Notes: a model not told the origin generated them from the letters alone. 31,472 nucleotides of DNA from a virus (IMGVR_UViG_3300017778_001461:1-31472); one strand, 5' to 3'; numbered from the stretch's first letter, positions 1-7,903 are shown. Made by a program: numbers and translations.

Positions 1-234
1 TACTATAACTCCAATACCGAATCCAATTATTCTAGAAGGCCATTGTTGTCCATCAAATGCACTAATAAAATAATATACACTCTTCATGAATGACCAACTA
101 ATAGGAAGGCCTAAAAACATAAGTGCTATACTATATTTATCAATCCATCCCCATTTAATACCTGCTTGTAATTGGATAAATGACAATAACTGTCCTACAA
201 TTCCCCACAAAACTCCTAAAACAAAATTATTCAT
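1..234 (-). CDS. Membrane protein, runs off the left edge (partial)
   Basis: Manually translated from ATG at 234: MNNFVLGVLWGIVGQLLSFIQLQAGIKWGWIDKYSIALMFLGLPISWSFMKSVYYFISAFDGQQWPSRIIGFGIGVIV..., several hydrophobic segments, no stop before base 1. Confidence 0.75.
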   Translation of the reverse strand, partial: MNNFVLGVLWGIVGQLLSFIQLQAGIKWGWIDKYSIALMFLGLPISWSFMKSVYYFISAFDGQQWPSRIIGFGIGVIV

Positions 235-258
235 AACAATTTTTTTATTCATAGAACT

Positions 259-648
259 CTAATACATTCCTAAAGTGTCTTTTACAACTCTAAGAATATT
301 TTGACTCGTTTCTCCTTGACTTAAAAGATTTTTAATTGCTCCAAGAAGTTGATCGTATTCATTAAGATCTATTTCTTCTTTTATTGGCATTGTAAGATCT
401 GAGGACATATTGCCGCCGACTTCTTCTACTTGGTTTTTATGTAAAAGTTCATACACTTCTTTCTTAATTTCTTTAAGAGCATCCATATATTCTTTTAGTT
501 TTTGTTTTTCATCTAGAGTAAGTTCTGAAAGTCTTTCTTTCATAGTCTTCTTTCCTTTTACAGGAACTACTTCTTGAACTTCTGGCATTTCATCTTCCAT
601 TAAAGCTAAGATCTTCTTACTGTACGATACTGGGTCTACATAATTCAT
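259..648 (-). CDS. Hypothetical acidic/coiled-coil phage protein
   Basis: 129-aa ORF rich in E/K; ATATTTAT motif 14 nt upstream. Confidence 0.75.
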   Translation of the reverse strand: MNYVDPVSYSKKILALMEDEMPEVQEVVPVKGKKTMKERLSELTLDEKQKLKEYMDALKEIKKEVYELLHKNQVEEVGGNMSSDLTMPIKEEIDLNEYDQLLGAIKNLLSQGETSQNILRVVKDTLGMY

Positions 649-659
649 TTGATTCTTTT

Positions 660-863
660 TTAATAAATATTGCTTAAGCTAACAAGTCGTTTGCCAAGCT
701 CAGGATCTTTGATAACATGAACTTCGAAGTCATTCTTAGATCCCGCTGCTACAATACCTGTATATCTTGATGCGCTAGAATGCTTCACGCATGTAGTTGA
801 ATAGCCTAACTCTACCCTCTTAGGATGAATTTGTTCACCACAAACTTTACAATATTTTGTCAT
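660..863 (-). CDS. DksA/TraR-like zinc-finger protein (C3H variant)
   Basis: CKVCGEQIHPKRVELGYSTTCVKHS matches the CxxCGxxIxxxRxxxxxxxxCxxC pattern with the last ligand His. Confidence 0.6.
   Translation of the reverse strand: MTKYCKVCGEQIHPKRVELGYSTTCVKHSSASRYTGIVAAGSKNDFEVHVIKDPELGKRLVSLSNIY
663..670 (-). promoter_or_regulatory. Putative phage promoter element ATATTTAT
   Basis: Same octamer lies 12-14 nt upstream of ATGs at 648, 8975 and 29906. Confidence 0.45.
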
Positions 864-878
864 AACTTTTATTTTATA

Positions 879-1358
879 TTACCAACTAGATGAATAATAA
901 ATGTCTCCTTCCAAATAAGAACCTCCATCAAGATCCTGTTCAAATAAAGATTCAATAATTTTTACAGTATTTTCAAGATCTTTAAAATAGTCCAGATCAT
1001 AGTTTGTGCTACCAAAGAAAAACCCGCTTTGCACAGGTAGTAATACGCTAGCCTTACCAGGATCTTTGTCTAGTATTAGTTTACAGGTCTCTAATAGATT
1101 TGCTAATTGATCCTCTTTAACTTCATACTCTCCACAATTATCTACGCCGTTTTGTACATTATCTACGAACCACTTGTGAATTTGGTTGGCCTTTCTCCAA
1201 TACCCTACTTCCTCTACAACATATTTGATTCTATCATTTTTAATACTAGGATGGGAATGCCCTCCTTTAGTGACAACTATACTATCTTTTTTATCTTCAT
1301 TGATATAATCTTCTGTGTGGAGAAATGTCTTACGATATAAATACATGTCTAGTCCCAT
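879..1358 (-). CDS. Conserved phage hypothetical protein (MGLDMY...YWRKANQIHxWF family)
   Basis: Motifs MGLDMYL, YWRKANQIHKWFV, LLPxxSGFFFGS, YxSSW typical of a widespread phage family. Confidence 0.8.
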   Translation of the reverse strand: MGLDMYLYRKTFLHTEDYINEDKKDSIVVTKGGHSHPSIKNDRIKYVVEEVGYWRKANQIHKWFVDNVQNGVDNCGEYEVKEDQLANLLETCKLILDKDPGKASVLLPVQSGFFFGSTNYDLDYFKDLENTVKIIESLFEQDLDGGSYLEGDIYYSSSW

Positions 1359-1379
1359 AACTTTTATTTTATTTTGTTT

Positions 1380-2270
1380 TTATTTTGTTGCGAATCGAGT
1401 ATTGAATCTCTCTGTCATTTTATCATTTTGCTCTTTAGCTCTATCGGTTTGCCAATTGTACACTTGATCAATAAAGTCATTGAATGATTTTGCTGTGACT
1501 GTATGTTCTACGACCCTATTATCACCAAGAGTTACTTCTAAAGTGGTTTTGTATTTATTAGTCTTTATGACTTTAAACGATTTAGCATATACATAATCCC
1601 ACTTAGATCTACCTATTGATAATTTTATATTAACGATAGTTGATTTCAATATGTATGGACGTCCTTTAGATGGATCTATTTCATCCGCTTCCCAATCCAT
1701 TTCTATGTTTAGGGCTGGAATAACAGTGCAAAAGAATCCTTCTGTCTTGTAGGTGTCAATACCTTCTTGTGTTATTTTCTGTTTGATATCCCTGATACCG
1801 CTCTCTATACTATAGATCTCGGATCGCATAAGGTCACATGGCTTGTTTATTTCCATAAGCTTAGGTCTCCAATTATTTAAGAACTCGTACTCGATCCAGG
1901 CAAGTTTAGCTGCAACTGCACCAAAGATCCGAACATCATTCAATACGTTCTCTTCTTGAGTGGTAGCACTAGATCCATACCAATTCATTTTTGCATATAC
2001 TTTTCTGTCCTCAGATCTCCAATCGTTTTGTAAAGATACGGTAAGAGCAGACCAAGAATTTGAATTGGAACACTTCATGATCTCGATACGACTTTCATCA
2101 AGCATGATACTTGGAATGAGAGCACATACATTATCACGAAGAGATTCTAAAACTTCTTGAGTCGCTGCTTTTAATGCGGGCTCTGATGTACACGTTTCAT
2201 ACGAGTCGCGGTCTGCTTTCTTAATGGCCAATTGGGATTCTAATGCTGATAAGATGATTTGATTATTCAT
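1380..2270 (-). CDS. Hypothetical protein
   Basis: 296-aa ORF with AAAATAAAGGTT-ATG leader shared with neighbours. Confidence 0.8.
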   Translation of the reverse strand: MNNQIILSALESQLAIKKADRDSYETCTSEPALKAATQEVLESLRDNVCALIPSIMLDESRIEIMKCSNSNSWSALTVSLQNDWRSEDRKVYAKMNWYGSSATTQEENVLNDVRIFGAVAAKLAWIEYEFLNNWRPKLMEINKPCDLMRSEIYSIESGIRDIKQKITQEGIDTYKTEGFFCTVIPALNIEMDWEADEIDPSKGRPYILKSTIVNIKLSIGRSKWDYVYAKSFKVIKTNKYKTTLEVTLGDNRVVEHTVTAKSFNDFIDQVYNWQTDRAKEQNDKMTERFNTRFATK

Positions 2271-2332
2271 AACCTTTATTTTGAAATGTAAATTAATAAA
2301 TTTAATTGAGAGAGAAAAATATATCTTTAGAG

Positions 2333-2740
2333 TTAGGCGACATTCATGACGAACACTTTACTTGCCCAATTTTTTGCATTTACGTGAGCATATTGCTTTT
2401 GAGAATATAAATTAGTGTCTATGAAATAAGAATTGATAATTCCAACAGTAAGACCTTTAAGGATATCCTCGTCGATCACTACAATTTTCTTACCCTTTCT
2501 AGCAAATACAGTAAGCCAATATAGGCCGTTCTCAGCCTTGAATTGTATTGTTTGTAGCGAACCTTTTTTCCAGCTAGACAACAGTTCAGCAGGTCCCTGC
2601 TCATTAGCAATATCATCATTATACTGTGTTTGTGCGATACTCATGAATCCGGCTTGACATTTGTATACGATCCTGTAAAATCCCTTTTGTCCGTTAATAA
2701 ATTTTGAAGTACTGATACCGAGAGTGTTGATGATAGCCAT
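2333..2740 (-). CDS. Hypothetical protein, first gene after repeat copy 1
   Basis: 135-aa ORF beginning immediately at the repeat boundary. Confidence 0.8.
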   Translation of the reverse strand: MAIINTLGISTSKFINGQKGFYRIVYKCQAGFMSIAQTQYNDDIANEQGPAELLSSWKKGSLQTIQFKAENGLYWLTVFARKGKKIVVIDEDILKGLTVGIINSYFIDTNLYSQKQYAHVNAKNWASKVFVMNVA

Positions 2741-2762
2741 ATTCGTTATTGTTTGTTACATT

Positions 2763-2771
2763 GTAAATATA
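2763..2771 (-). promoter_or_regulatory. Putative promoter -7-like element TATATTTAC
   Basis: Resembles the Bacteroidota TAnnTTTG -7 box; 22 nt upstream of ATG 2740; identical at 6973-6981. Confidence 0.55.
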
Positions 2772-2905
2772 CTAACTATTTTTGATCCAGAGCACTTTTT
2801 TTCAATCTTTTTTAAAAGTTTTTGTTTTGTTTAGTAAAGTCTAGGGTTTATTAAAGATTCTTCAGTGAAATGCGGCCTGGATTAAAGATTATTTAGTGGA
2901 ATCCT

Positions 2906-2928
2906 AACTGATTGATTATCAATTAGTT
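2906..2928. promoter_or_regulatory. Palindrome AACTGATTGAT-T-ATCAATTAGTT, putative protein-binding site
   Basis: 11-bp arms with one mismatch around a single central base; conserved at 7116-7138. Confidence 0.5.
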
Positions 2929-2933
2929 GTGAA

Positions 2934-3242
2934 TTAGCCGTATTTGGCTAGAAGAGTGTCGATTATTTGCTTATCTGAGGTCTCAAATATCTTATTATTC
3001 TGTATCTTCTTTATATAAGATATGTGCTTCTCGAGCACCTGTGCGCGTGTGGCATATACTAAATGCGCTACTTTATTCTGTGTAACAAACTTAAATTCTT
3101 GAGTGAGGATTTCTTTAAGTATCTGTACCTTTTTTACGTAAGACTTTTCTTCTTCTTTACGATCAAAATGTTCTTTAGCTTCTAATGTTTTAATAAGCTT
3201 GTCTCCCATTTTGCTTAAAGAAAGTCTTTTGTAGTCCATCAC
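2934..3242 (-). CDS. Hypothetical basic protein
   Basis: 102-aa ORF, ATGA overlap with the upstream holin-like gene. Confidence 0.75.
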   Translation of the reverse strand: MMDYKRLSLSKMGDKLIKTLEAKEHFDRKEEEKSYVKKVQILKEILTQEFKFVTQNKVAHLVYATRAQVLEKHISYIKKIQNNKIFETSDKQIIDTLLAKYG

Positions 3243-3535
3243 TCATTGTTTTTAACCATGTAAGTAAGTATAGTATTTTGAAGATCTTTTAAAGCTTGTG
3301 TGTTCTCCTTGATTAAGTCAGCCATTCTATCTCTCTCCTGAATTAACAATTGCATCATTTCGTCTTGCAATTTGTCTACTTTAAATTCTAAAGCGTCGTT
3401 CTTTTTTATTAATCTTTGATACTGAGTCCAAGCAAAATATCCTAAAAGAAATGCTAGGAGTCCTAAAACACCGTACTGTAGAAAATAATCTCTAATTCCT
3501 GATGCCTCTACTACTTGAAGTATTGTCATTTTCAA
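3239..3535 (-). CDS. Holin-like (BhlA/UviB-type) single-TM protein with coiled-coil tail; start may be ATG 3529
   Basis: QYGVLGLLAFLLGYFAW hydrophobic helix followed by a heptad-rich soluble tail. Confidence 0.5.
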   Translation of the reverse strand: MKMTILQVVEASGIRDYFLQYGVLGLLAFLLGYFAWTQYQRLIKKNDALEFKVDKLQDEMMQLLIQERDRMADLIKENTQALKDLQNTILTYMVKNNE

Positions 3536-3614
3536 TTTTAATTTACTGAGCTAAATATTTTTATATAATACCTTTCTAAAACATTTAGATATAACATAAC
3601 AATAAATATTAATA

Positions 3615-4004
3615 TTACTTGGAAGTTGTTATATTAAATACTTCTTTAAGGCATTTTTTTGTATCTTTTTTAGCAATTTTATTGGCTTCTATTTCCATAG
3701 GATTCTTACTATCTGATAGATATAAACTAAGTATCTGATAATGTTTCATGTTTTGTTTGTAGTGTGTATACTCGTGGATGACACTATTAATTAATTCAGG
3801 CAGGTTATCATTCTGATCCTTATTAATATATATGACTGAATCTATCTCATCATAAAATGCCATACATCCTTCTGTATAATAGTCCTGCTTTTTAAACTCA
3901 ATAACAGGCACAGTTTTATTGAATGTAGATTTGCCATAATGTTTAATGCACCATTCAAATATCTGATTAACGTGTTTTCTTGTAGGCTTTATTTGATCTG
4001 TCAT
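3615..4004 (-). CDS. Zincin-like metallopeptidase domain protein
   Basis: VIHEYTHYKQ (HExxH) plus downstream PMEIEA third-ligand motif. Confidence 0.7.
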   Translation of the reverse strand: MTDQIKPTRKHVNQIFEWCIKHYGKSTFNKTVPVIEFKKQDYYTEGCMAFYDEIDSVIYINKDQNDNLPELINSVIHEYTHYKQNMKHYQILSLYLSDSKNPMEIEANKIAKKDTKKCLKEVFNITTSK

Positions 4005-4006
4005 GA

Positions 4007-4600
4007 CTATAAGTTTTCTTGTATAAATACCTTCTCAATTCTTTTTGGTGTTATTGAATAATCTGCCCTAAAGTATCTGGGCATTTTCTCTATTATCCTT
4101 TCATTTGTATATGGACTGTTTTGAGGAGTTGCCCATTTCCTAGTAGCCAATAGTCTGTTATAAAAAAACACGTACGCGTTAGCCTTTCTAATGTAATGGT
4201 CTATGTCTATGTCCAGATCAAACTTCTTAATCAATCTTACTGATCTTTTCTCATTATCTAATTCAAGATCTCTAGAAACTCCCAAGTGCTTCTTTATATT
4301 ATGAACCTCTGTGCCACTTAACCAATCGTCAACTAGTGGCATAGAAACATTACAACCTTTCCAAAGATCGATTTGATCTACCCATTGTGTAAGGTGGCAG
4401 AATTCATGTGCAAGAATTTCTATTGCATCTGGCCTATTCATTGAACAAACTAAAACCGGAACCTCTTCGTCAAAATATCCTGAGCACTTTATATTTTCTG
4501 ATAGTTTAACGTACTTCGTATTTCGTAGATCACATTTAACTCCGTACTCCTTACACTCACTCTTGACATATTTGATAAAGTCTTTAGTCTTTTTGTTCAT
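4007..4600 (-). CDS. Zincin-like metallopeptidase domain protein
   Basis: LAHEFCHLTQW (HExxH) plus downstream LELDNE. Confidence 0.7.
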   Translation of the reverse strand: MNKKTKDFIKYVKSECKEYGVKCDLRNTKYVKLSENIKCSGYFDEEVPVLVCSMNRPDAIEILAHEFCHLTQWVDQIDLWKGCNVSMPLVDDWLSGTEVHNIKKHLGVSRDLELDNEKRSVRLIKKFDLDIDIDHYIRKANAYVFFYNRLLATRKWATPQNSPYTNERIIEKMPRYFRADYSITPKRIEKVFIQENL

Positions 4601-4625
4601 AGTAAGCCTTTTAAGTTAAAGGATC

Positions 4626-4949
4626 CTATGATAAATATGAAGACTTGATCTCTTCTATATGCTTACAGCTTCTTTTGTTTCCAGAAAATTTATACGAATA
4701 ACAATTACAGGACCATGAGTCTTCATATAAAGCTACACTATATTTTTTATTATCAGATCCTTGAACTTCCCAATCTAGATCGATTTTAAATGCTTCATTC
4801 TTACCTCCTGGATATGGGCGTTTGAACCACTTAATATCTTTTCTAGTGGTTCCACTTGGAAGATCTCTTCTATTACCATCCTCGATGACATAAGGACCTA
4901 CTCCATCAGTCCAAAAGAAAGGAACTTGAAAGCTATGAACGATTATCAT
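4626..4949 (-). CDS. SWIM zinc-finger protein
   Basis: VQGSDNKKYSV...WSCNCYSYKF...CKHI fits CxCx(n)CxH. Confidence 0.8.
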   Translation of the reverse strand: MIIVHSFQVPFFWTDGVGPYVIEDGNRRDLPSGTTRKDIKWFKRPYPGGKNEAFKIDLDWEVQGSDNKKYSVALYEDSWSCNCYSYKFSGNKRSCKHIEEIKSSYLS

Positions 4950-5170
4950 AAGTTTACTAATTTAGGACTTTTTGATCTGTCAATAAAACTTAATTCCTTA
5001 GTAGACTTGAATAGTTTTTGAAAGTTATATTGAGAGTTTAGAAAGCCACTACGATCTTGTCCTTTGTACTTATCTACTCTACTACCTACTTTAAATATTT
5101 CAAACCACTCATTAATATCTATAGACTCATCTGGTATGTAACTACTTCTTATTTTAATTTCTTTATTCAT
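4946..5170 (-). CDS. Hypothetical protein
   Basis: 74-aa ORF coupled to neighbours (ATGA overlap). Confidence 0.65.
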   Translation of the reverse strand: MNKEIKIRSSYIPDESIDINEWFEIFKVGSRVDKYKGQDRSGFLNSQYNFQKLFKSTKELSFIDRSKSPKLVNL

Positions 5171-5172
5171 TT

Positions 5173-5427
5173 TTAAAATTTAATGGCTGTTATTAATAAT
5201 CCTTTAGATGGAAGCTTTCCTTTTTTTGCAAAGTCACTAATTACATTCTCATGTAGATTTCGAACCTTTTCGTGGATTCCATAATACCATTCAGTGTTCA
5301 CGTCTTTTATAACTTCTATCTCTTCAATTAGATCAACATTATTGCAGCCTCCCTCATAACCTTCTACTAATACAGGAAGCTCAGCATCATATTGACTAAG
5401 GACTTCTATAAGATCTTTGACTTTCAT
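5173..5427 (-). CDS. Small phage hypothetical protein (MKVKDLIExL family); likely start 5427
   Basis: MKVKDLIEVLSQYDAELPVLVEGYEGG is a common phage N-terminus; start at 5427 removes overlap with the upstream gene. Confidence 0.7.
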   Translation of the reverse strand: MKVKDLIEVLSQYDAELPVLVEGYEGGCNNVDLIEEIEVIKDVNTEWYYGIHEKVRNLHENVISDFAKKGKLPSKGLLITAIKF

Positions 5428-5434
5428 TTTATTT

Positions 5435-5794
5435 TTATTTATATCCAAAAAGTTTTGTGTCGTCTATTTCAGTCATACTGTACTCTACTCGAATTATCTT
5501 TTCAAGAGTTTTTTCTTTGATAACTCCAGACTTTCTATCTTCAATCATAACTTGAGCAATACCATCATAGATGTCAAGCTCGATATCATTATAATAATCT
5601 TCTGCTTCTTTTAGTGTGTCAAAGGCTTGAGTAGCAGTGTTGTCTCCAGTATACCCGTCTAAAAGAACTGCATCTCTATCTCCGTATTCATCTACTTCAA
5701 AGTAGTATGGTCCTGAGGTTACAAAGAACTTGTTTGGACTTTTGCCATCTCCAATGATCTCTGTTGCTAATTGCTTTGCTTCTTGATTTGTCAT
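5435..5794 (-). CDS. Hypothetical acidic protein
   Basis: 119-aa ORF with AAAATCAAAGTT-ATG leader. Confidence 0.75.
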   Translation of the reverse strand: MTNQEAKQLATEIIGDGKSPNKFFVTSGPYYFEVDEYGDRDAVLLDGYTGDNTATQAFDTLKEAEDYYNDIELDIYDGIAQVMIEDRKSGVIKEKTLEKIIRVEYSMTEIDDTKLFGYK

Positions 5795-5812
5795 AACTTT
5801 GATTTTTATTGT

Positions 5813-6040
5813 TTATTTATAAAGTGTTACAAATTCTCCAAAATGTTTATCGAATGCTTTAATCAAATGCTTATAGTCTCCGCTAGTCATTTCTGATTGA
5901 ATCAATGCGCTGTTTAGCCCTAATTGTTTTGCTAATTTACTTGCTGTGCCCAATAAGTAAAACGCGTTTCCTTGTGGTCCTGTGAGGTCAATCTCTATAG
6001 TTGACTTGTTTATTAATCTCTGTTTTGTTTTAATTGCCAT
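5813..6040 (-). CDS. Conserved small phage protein (IDLTGPxGNAF family)
   Basis: IEIDLTGPQGNAFYLLG...EMTSGDYxHLIxxFDxxFG. Confidence 0.8.
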   Translation of the reverse strand: MAIKTKQRLINKSTIEIDLTGPQGNAFYLLGTASKLAKQLGLNSALIQSEMTSGDYKHLIKAFDKHFGEFVTLYK

Positions 6041-6045
6041 AACTT

Positions 6046-6345
6046 TTATTTTATATTATTAATTTCTCTTTTTGCTTTTTCTGTATCTGCTCCACTCATG
6101 CCTCCTATATGCCACTCTATTTGTTTGTCTAGACCGATAGATCTGTATTCTTTCCAGTCATATACAGTAAACACAGTTCCATCCTGGCATTCAATATCCC
6201 ACTCAAAATTTACTTTGTCTTCTCCTGTATTATCTTCAAAAGTAGGCTCTCCAAAGATCTGGATTAATTCATTAACTGAGGCATTTAAAGTGGTACCAAA
6301 AAAAGAAGTACCGGCTGGCGCATTTTCATTTTGTTTAAACTTCAT
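6046..6345 (-). CDS. Conserved small phage protein
   Basis: GTS...FGEP...DKVxxEW...FTVYDWK...WHIGG motifs recurrent in phage hypothetical proteins. Confidence 0.8.
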   Translation of the reverse strand: MKFKQNENAPAGTSFFGTTLNASVNELIQIFGEPTFEDNTGEDKVNFEWDIECQDGTVFTVYDWKEYRSIGLDKQIEWHIGGMSGADTEKAKREINNIK

Positions 6346-6357
6346 AACCTTTATTTT

Positions 6358-6627
6358 TTATTTATTATATGATCTAACTGAAGGTAATCCGCTATATGCA
6401 CAACTTTTCATGTATGGAAGATTTTTATATTCAAAATCAAATAAACATGATTGTTGTTCCCATTTACCATTGACTAATACTTCAACTGTATAGTCGCCAT
6501 TATATTTTCTATTCTCAGGATGTGTAAGCCATACTTTATAACCTGGCTCTTCTATCTTAAGTTCATCTCCGTCCCAAGCTTGTTCGATCGTGTCTAAATT
6601 TTGTAAGTCTCTTTTTGTATATTCCAT
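6358..6627 (-). CDS. Hypothetical protein
   Basis: 89-aa ORF with AAAATCAAAGTT-ATG leader. Confidence 0.7.
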   Translation of the reverse strand: MEYTKRDLQNLDTIEQAWDGDELKIEEPGYKVWLTHPENRKYNGDYTVEVLVNGKWEQQSCLFDFEYKNLPYMKSCAYSGLPSVRSYNK

Positions 6628-6638
6628 AACTTTGATTT

Positions 6639-6950
6639 TTATAGATTCTGTGAATAAAATGCAGTATGCGCAGCATCTTCATAGTCACTGTCACTTTCTA
6701 AAGCTCCAGTATACCACTTAGCCATGTACTCTTCGAATGATAAGTCAGTCTCGTCTTTCTCTTGATTCAGCGGCGGACTCATCATAAAATTGTCAGTGTC
6801 AATAACGAAGTTAACTTGACAGTTGGGAAATAATTCCCTAAATGCCTCATGGTTGGCTTCTGCGATGGCATAGTCACCATTGACTTCGATTGAACTGTCA
6901 ATGATTGTCTCGTGGGTAAGGTTGTCGAAAACGAAGATCTTAATAGTCAT
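6639..6950 (-). CDS. Hypothetical acidic protein, first gene after repeat copy 2
   Basis: 103-aa D/E-rich ORF beginning at the repeat boundary. Confidence 0.75.
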   Translation of the reverse strand: MTIKIFVFDNLTHETIIDSSIEVNGDYAIAEANHEAFRELFPNCQVNFVIDTDNFMMSPPLNQEKDETDLSFEEYMAKWYTGALESDSDYEDAAHTAFYSQNL

Positions 6951-7143
6951 ATTCTTTATTGTTTGTTACATTGTAAATATACTAACTATTTTTGATCCAG
7001 AGCACTTTTTTGTGGTCTTTTTTAAAAGTTTTTGTTTTGTTTAGTAAAGTCTAGGGTTTATTGAAGAATCTTCAAGGATTCTAGCTTGGAATTAAATAAT
7101 CTTTAGTGAAATTCTAAGTGATTGATAATCAATTAGTTATGAA
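6951..7143. repeat. Intergenic direct repeat, copy 2 (~190 bp)
   Basis: Matches 2741-2933; contains TATATTTAC (minus strand, 6973-6981), perfect palindrome TTGAAGA-A-TCTTCAA (7061-7075) and ATTGAT-A-ATCAAT (7121-7133). Confidence 0.95.
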
Positions 7144-7147
7144 ATGG

Positions 7148-7903
7148 CTATTTTCTGTCTATAAATTCACTACCGTCATCGGTATCTTTATAGTCAATTA
7201 TATCTTCAGGCTTAAATAATATATCTCCATGATCATCTAGACCTAATTTTTTCAAATGTTGATAATAAAAATCATCAAGTTGATAAAGCTCTTGTACTTC
7301 TTCTTTTATTTCAGGAGTTTCAAATGGAGATGTTTCTATTCTCTCTAACATTTTATTAGTGAAAGGATTTCCTATTAAAATAAAATAGCAGTTATAACAA
7401 AGCCATTGTAAATTCTCTTGCCTCCAATCACTTTTTTTACCATTCTTAAAATTAAGTAATAGTGGAGCTTTCATATCTGTTAATCTCTTTTCTGAGTACG
7501 CACATGCACAACACTTGAATCCAAGTCTACCGTCTTTCATTAATAATTCTTTCAACCTTAGTATTTTCTTAGAGTTGATTGGTTGATTCTCTATTAACAT
7601 ATCATTAAGATCTTTTTTCCATTTACCACCAGCCCAGTTTTTTGGCATTCCCTTTCCTGATTGGTTCATATGAAGTTGAAACAAACTCTTACCTGTTGCT
7701 TCATCAAAAGTATTCTTAGAATATTTCTTATACGTTATATCTGTAATACCTAACCATCTCGCAGCTTCTTTATTACTACGAGTATTTGCCATAGCCTCTC
7801 TTAACTGCGCTTCAGTTAATTGAAGTCCTTTATTCCACCAAGATTCTGGCCTTTTATCTCTGGCCATATTATCTTTAGTAAAAAATGGTGCTACTCTACT
7901 CAT
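7148..7903 (-). CDS. HTH plus degenerate HNH/Zn-finger protein (start may be 7867)
   Basis: N-terminal SNKEAARWLGITDITYKKY (HTH-like); C-terminal CCAC...PLLLNFKNGKKSDWRQENLQWLCYNCY has the HNH scaffold but lacks the His residues. Confidence 0.7.
   Translation of the reverse strand: MSRVAPFFTKDNMARDKRPESWWNKGLQLTEAQLREAMANTRSNKEAARWLGITDITYKKYSKNTFDEATGKSLFQLHMNQSGKGMPKNWAGGKWKKDLNDMLIENQPINSKKILRLKELLMKDGRLGFKCCACAYSEKRLTDMKAPLLLNFKNGKKSDWRQENLQWLCYNCYFILIGNPFTNKMLERIETSPFETPEIKEEVQELYQLDDFYYQHLKKLGLDDHGDILFKPEDIIDYKDTDDGSEFIDRK

Larger units (their letters stand above)
2741..2933. repeat. Intergenic direct repeat, copy 1 (~190 bp)
   Basis: Aligns without net indel to 6951-7143 (offset 4210); hand count 113/120 identical over 2741-2860 and about 163/190 overall. 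Confidence 0.95.

Noticed and set aside
2906-2928. dif/XerCD site or intrinsic terminator
   Set aside because: One-base centre rather than a 6-bp spacer, no XerD-arm match, and no GC-rich stem or U-tract.
3538-3597. 19-codon ORF MLYLNVLERYYIKIFSSVN upstream of the holin-like gene
   Set aside because: Too short and featureless to support as a gene.
2741-7143. Transposon or integrative element bounded by the direct repeats
   Set aside because: No transposase or integrase lies between or beside the repeats; the content is ordinary small phage genes.
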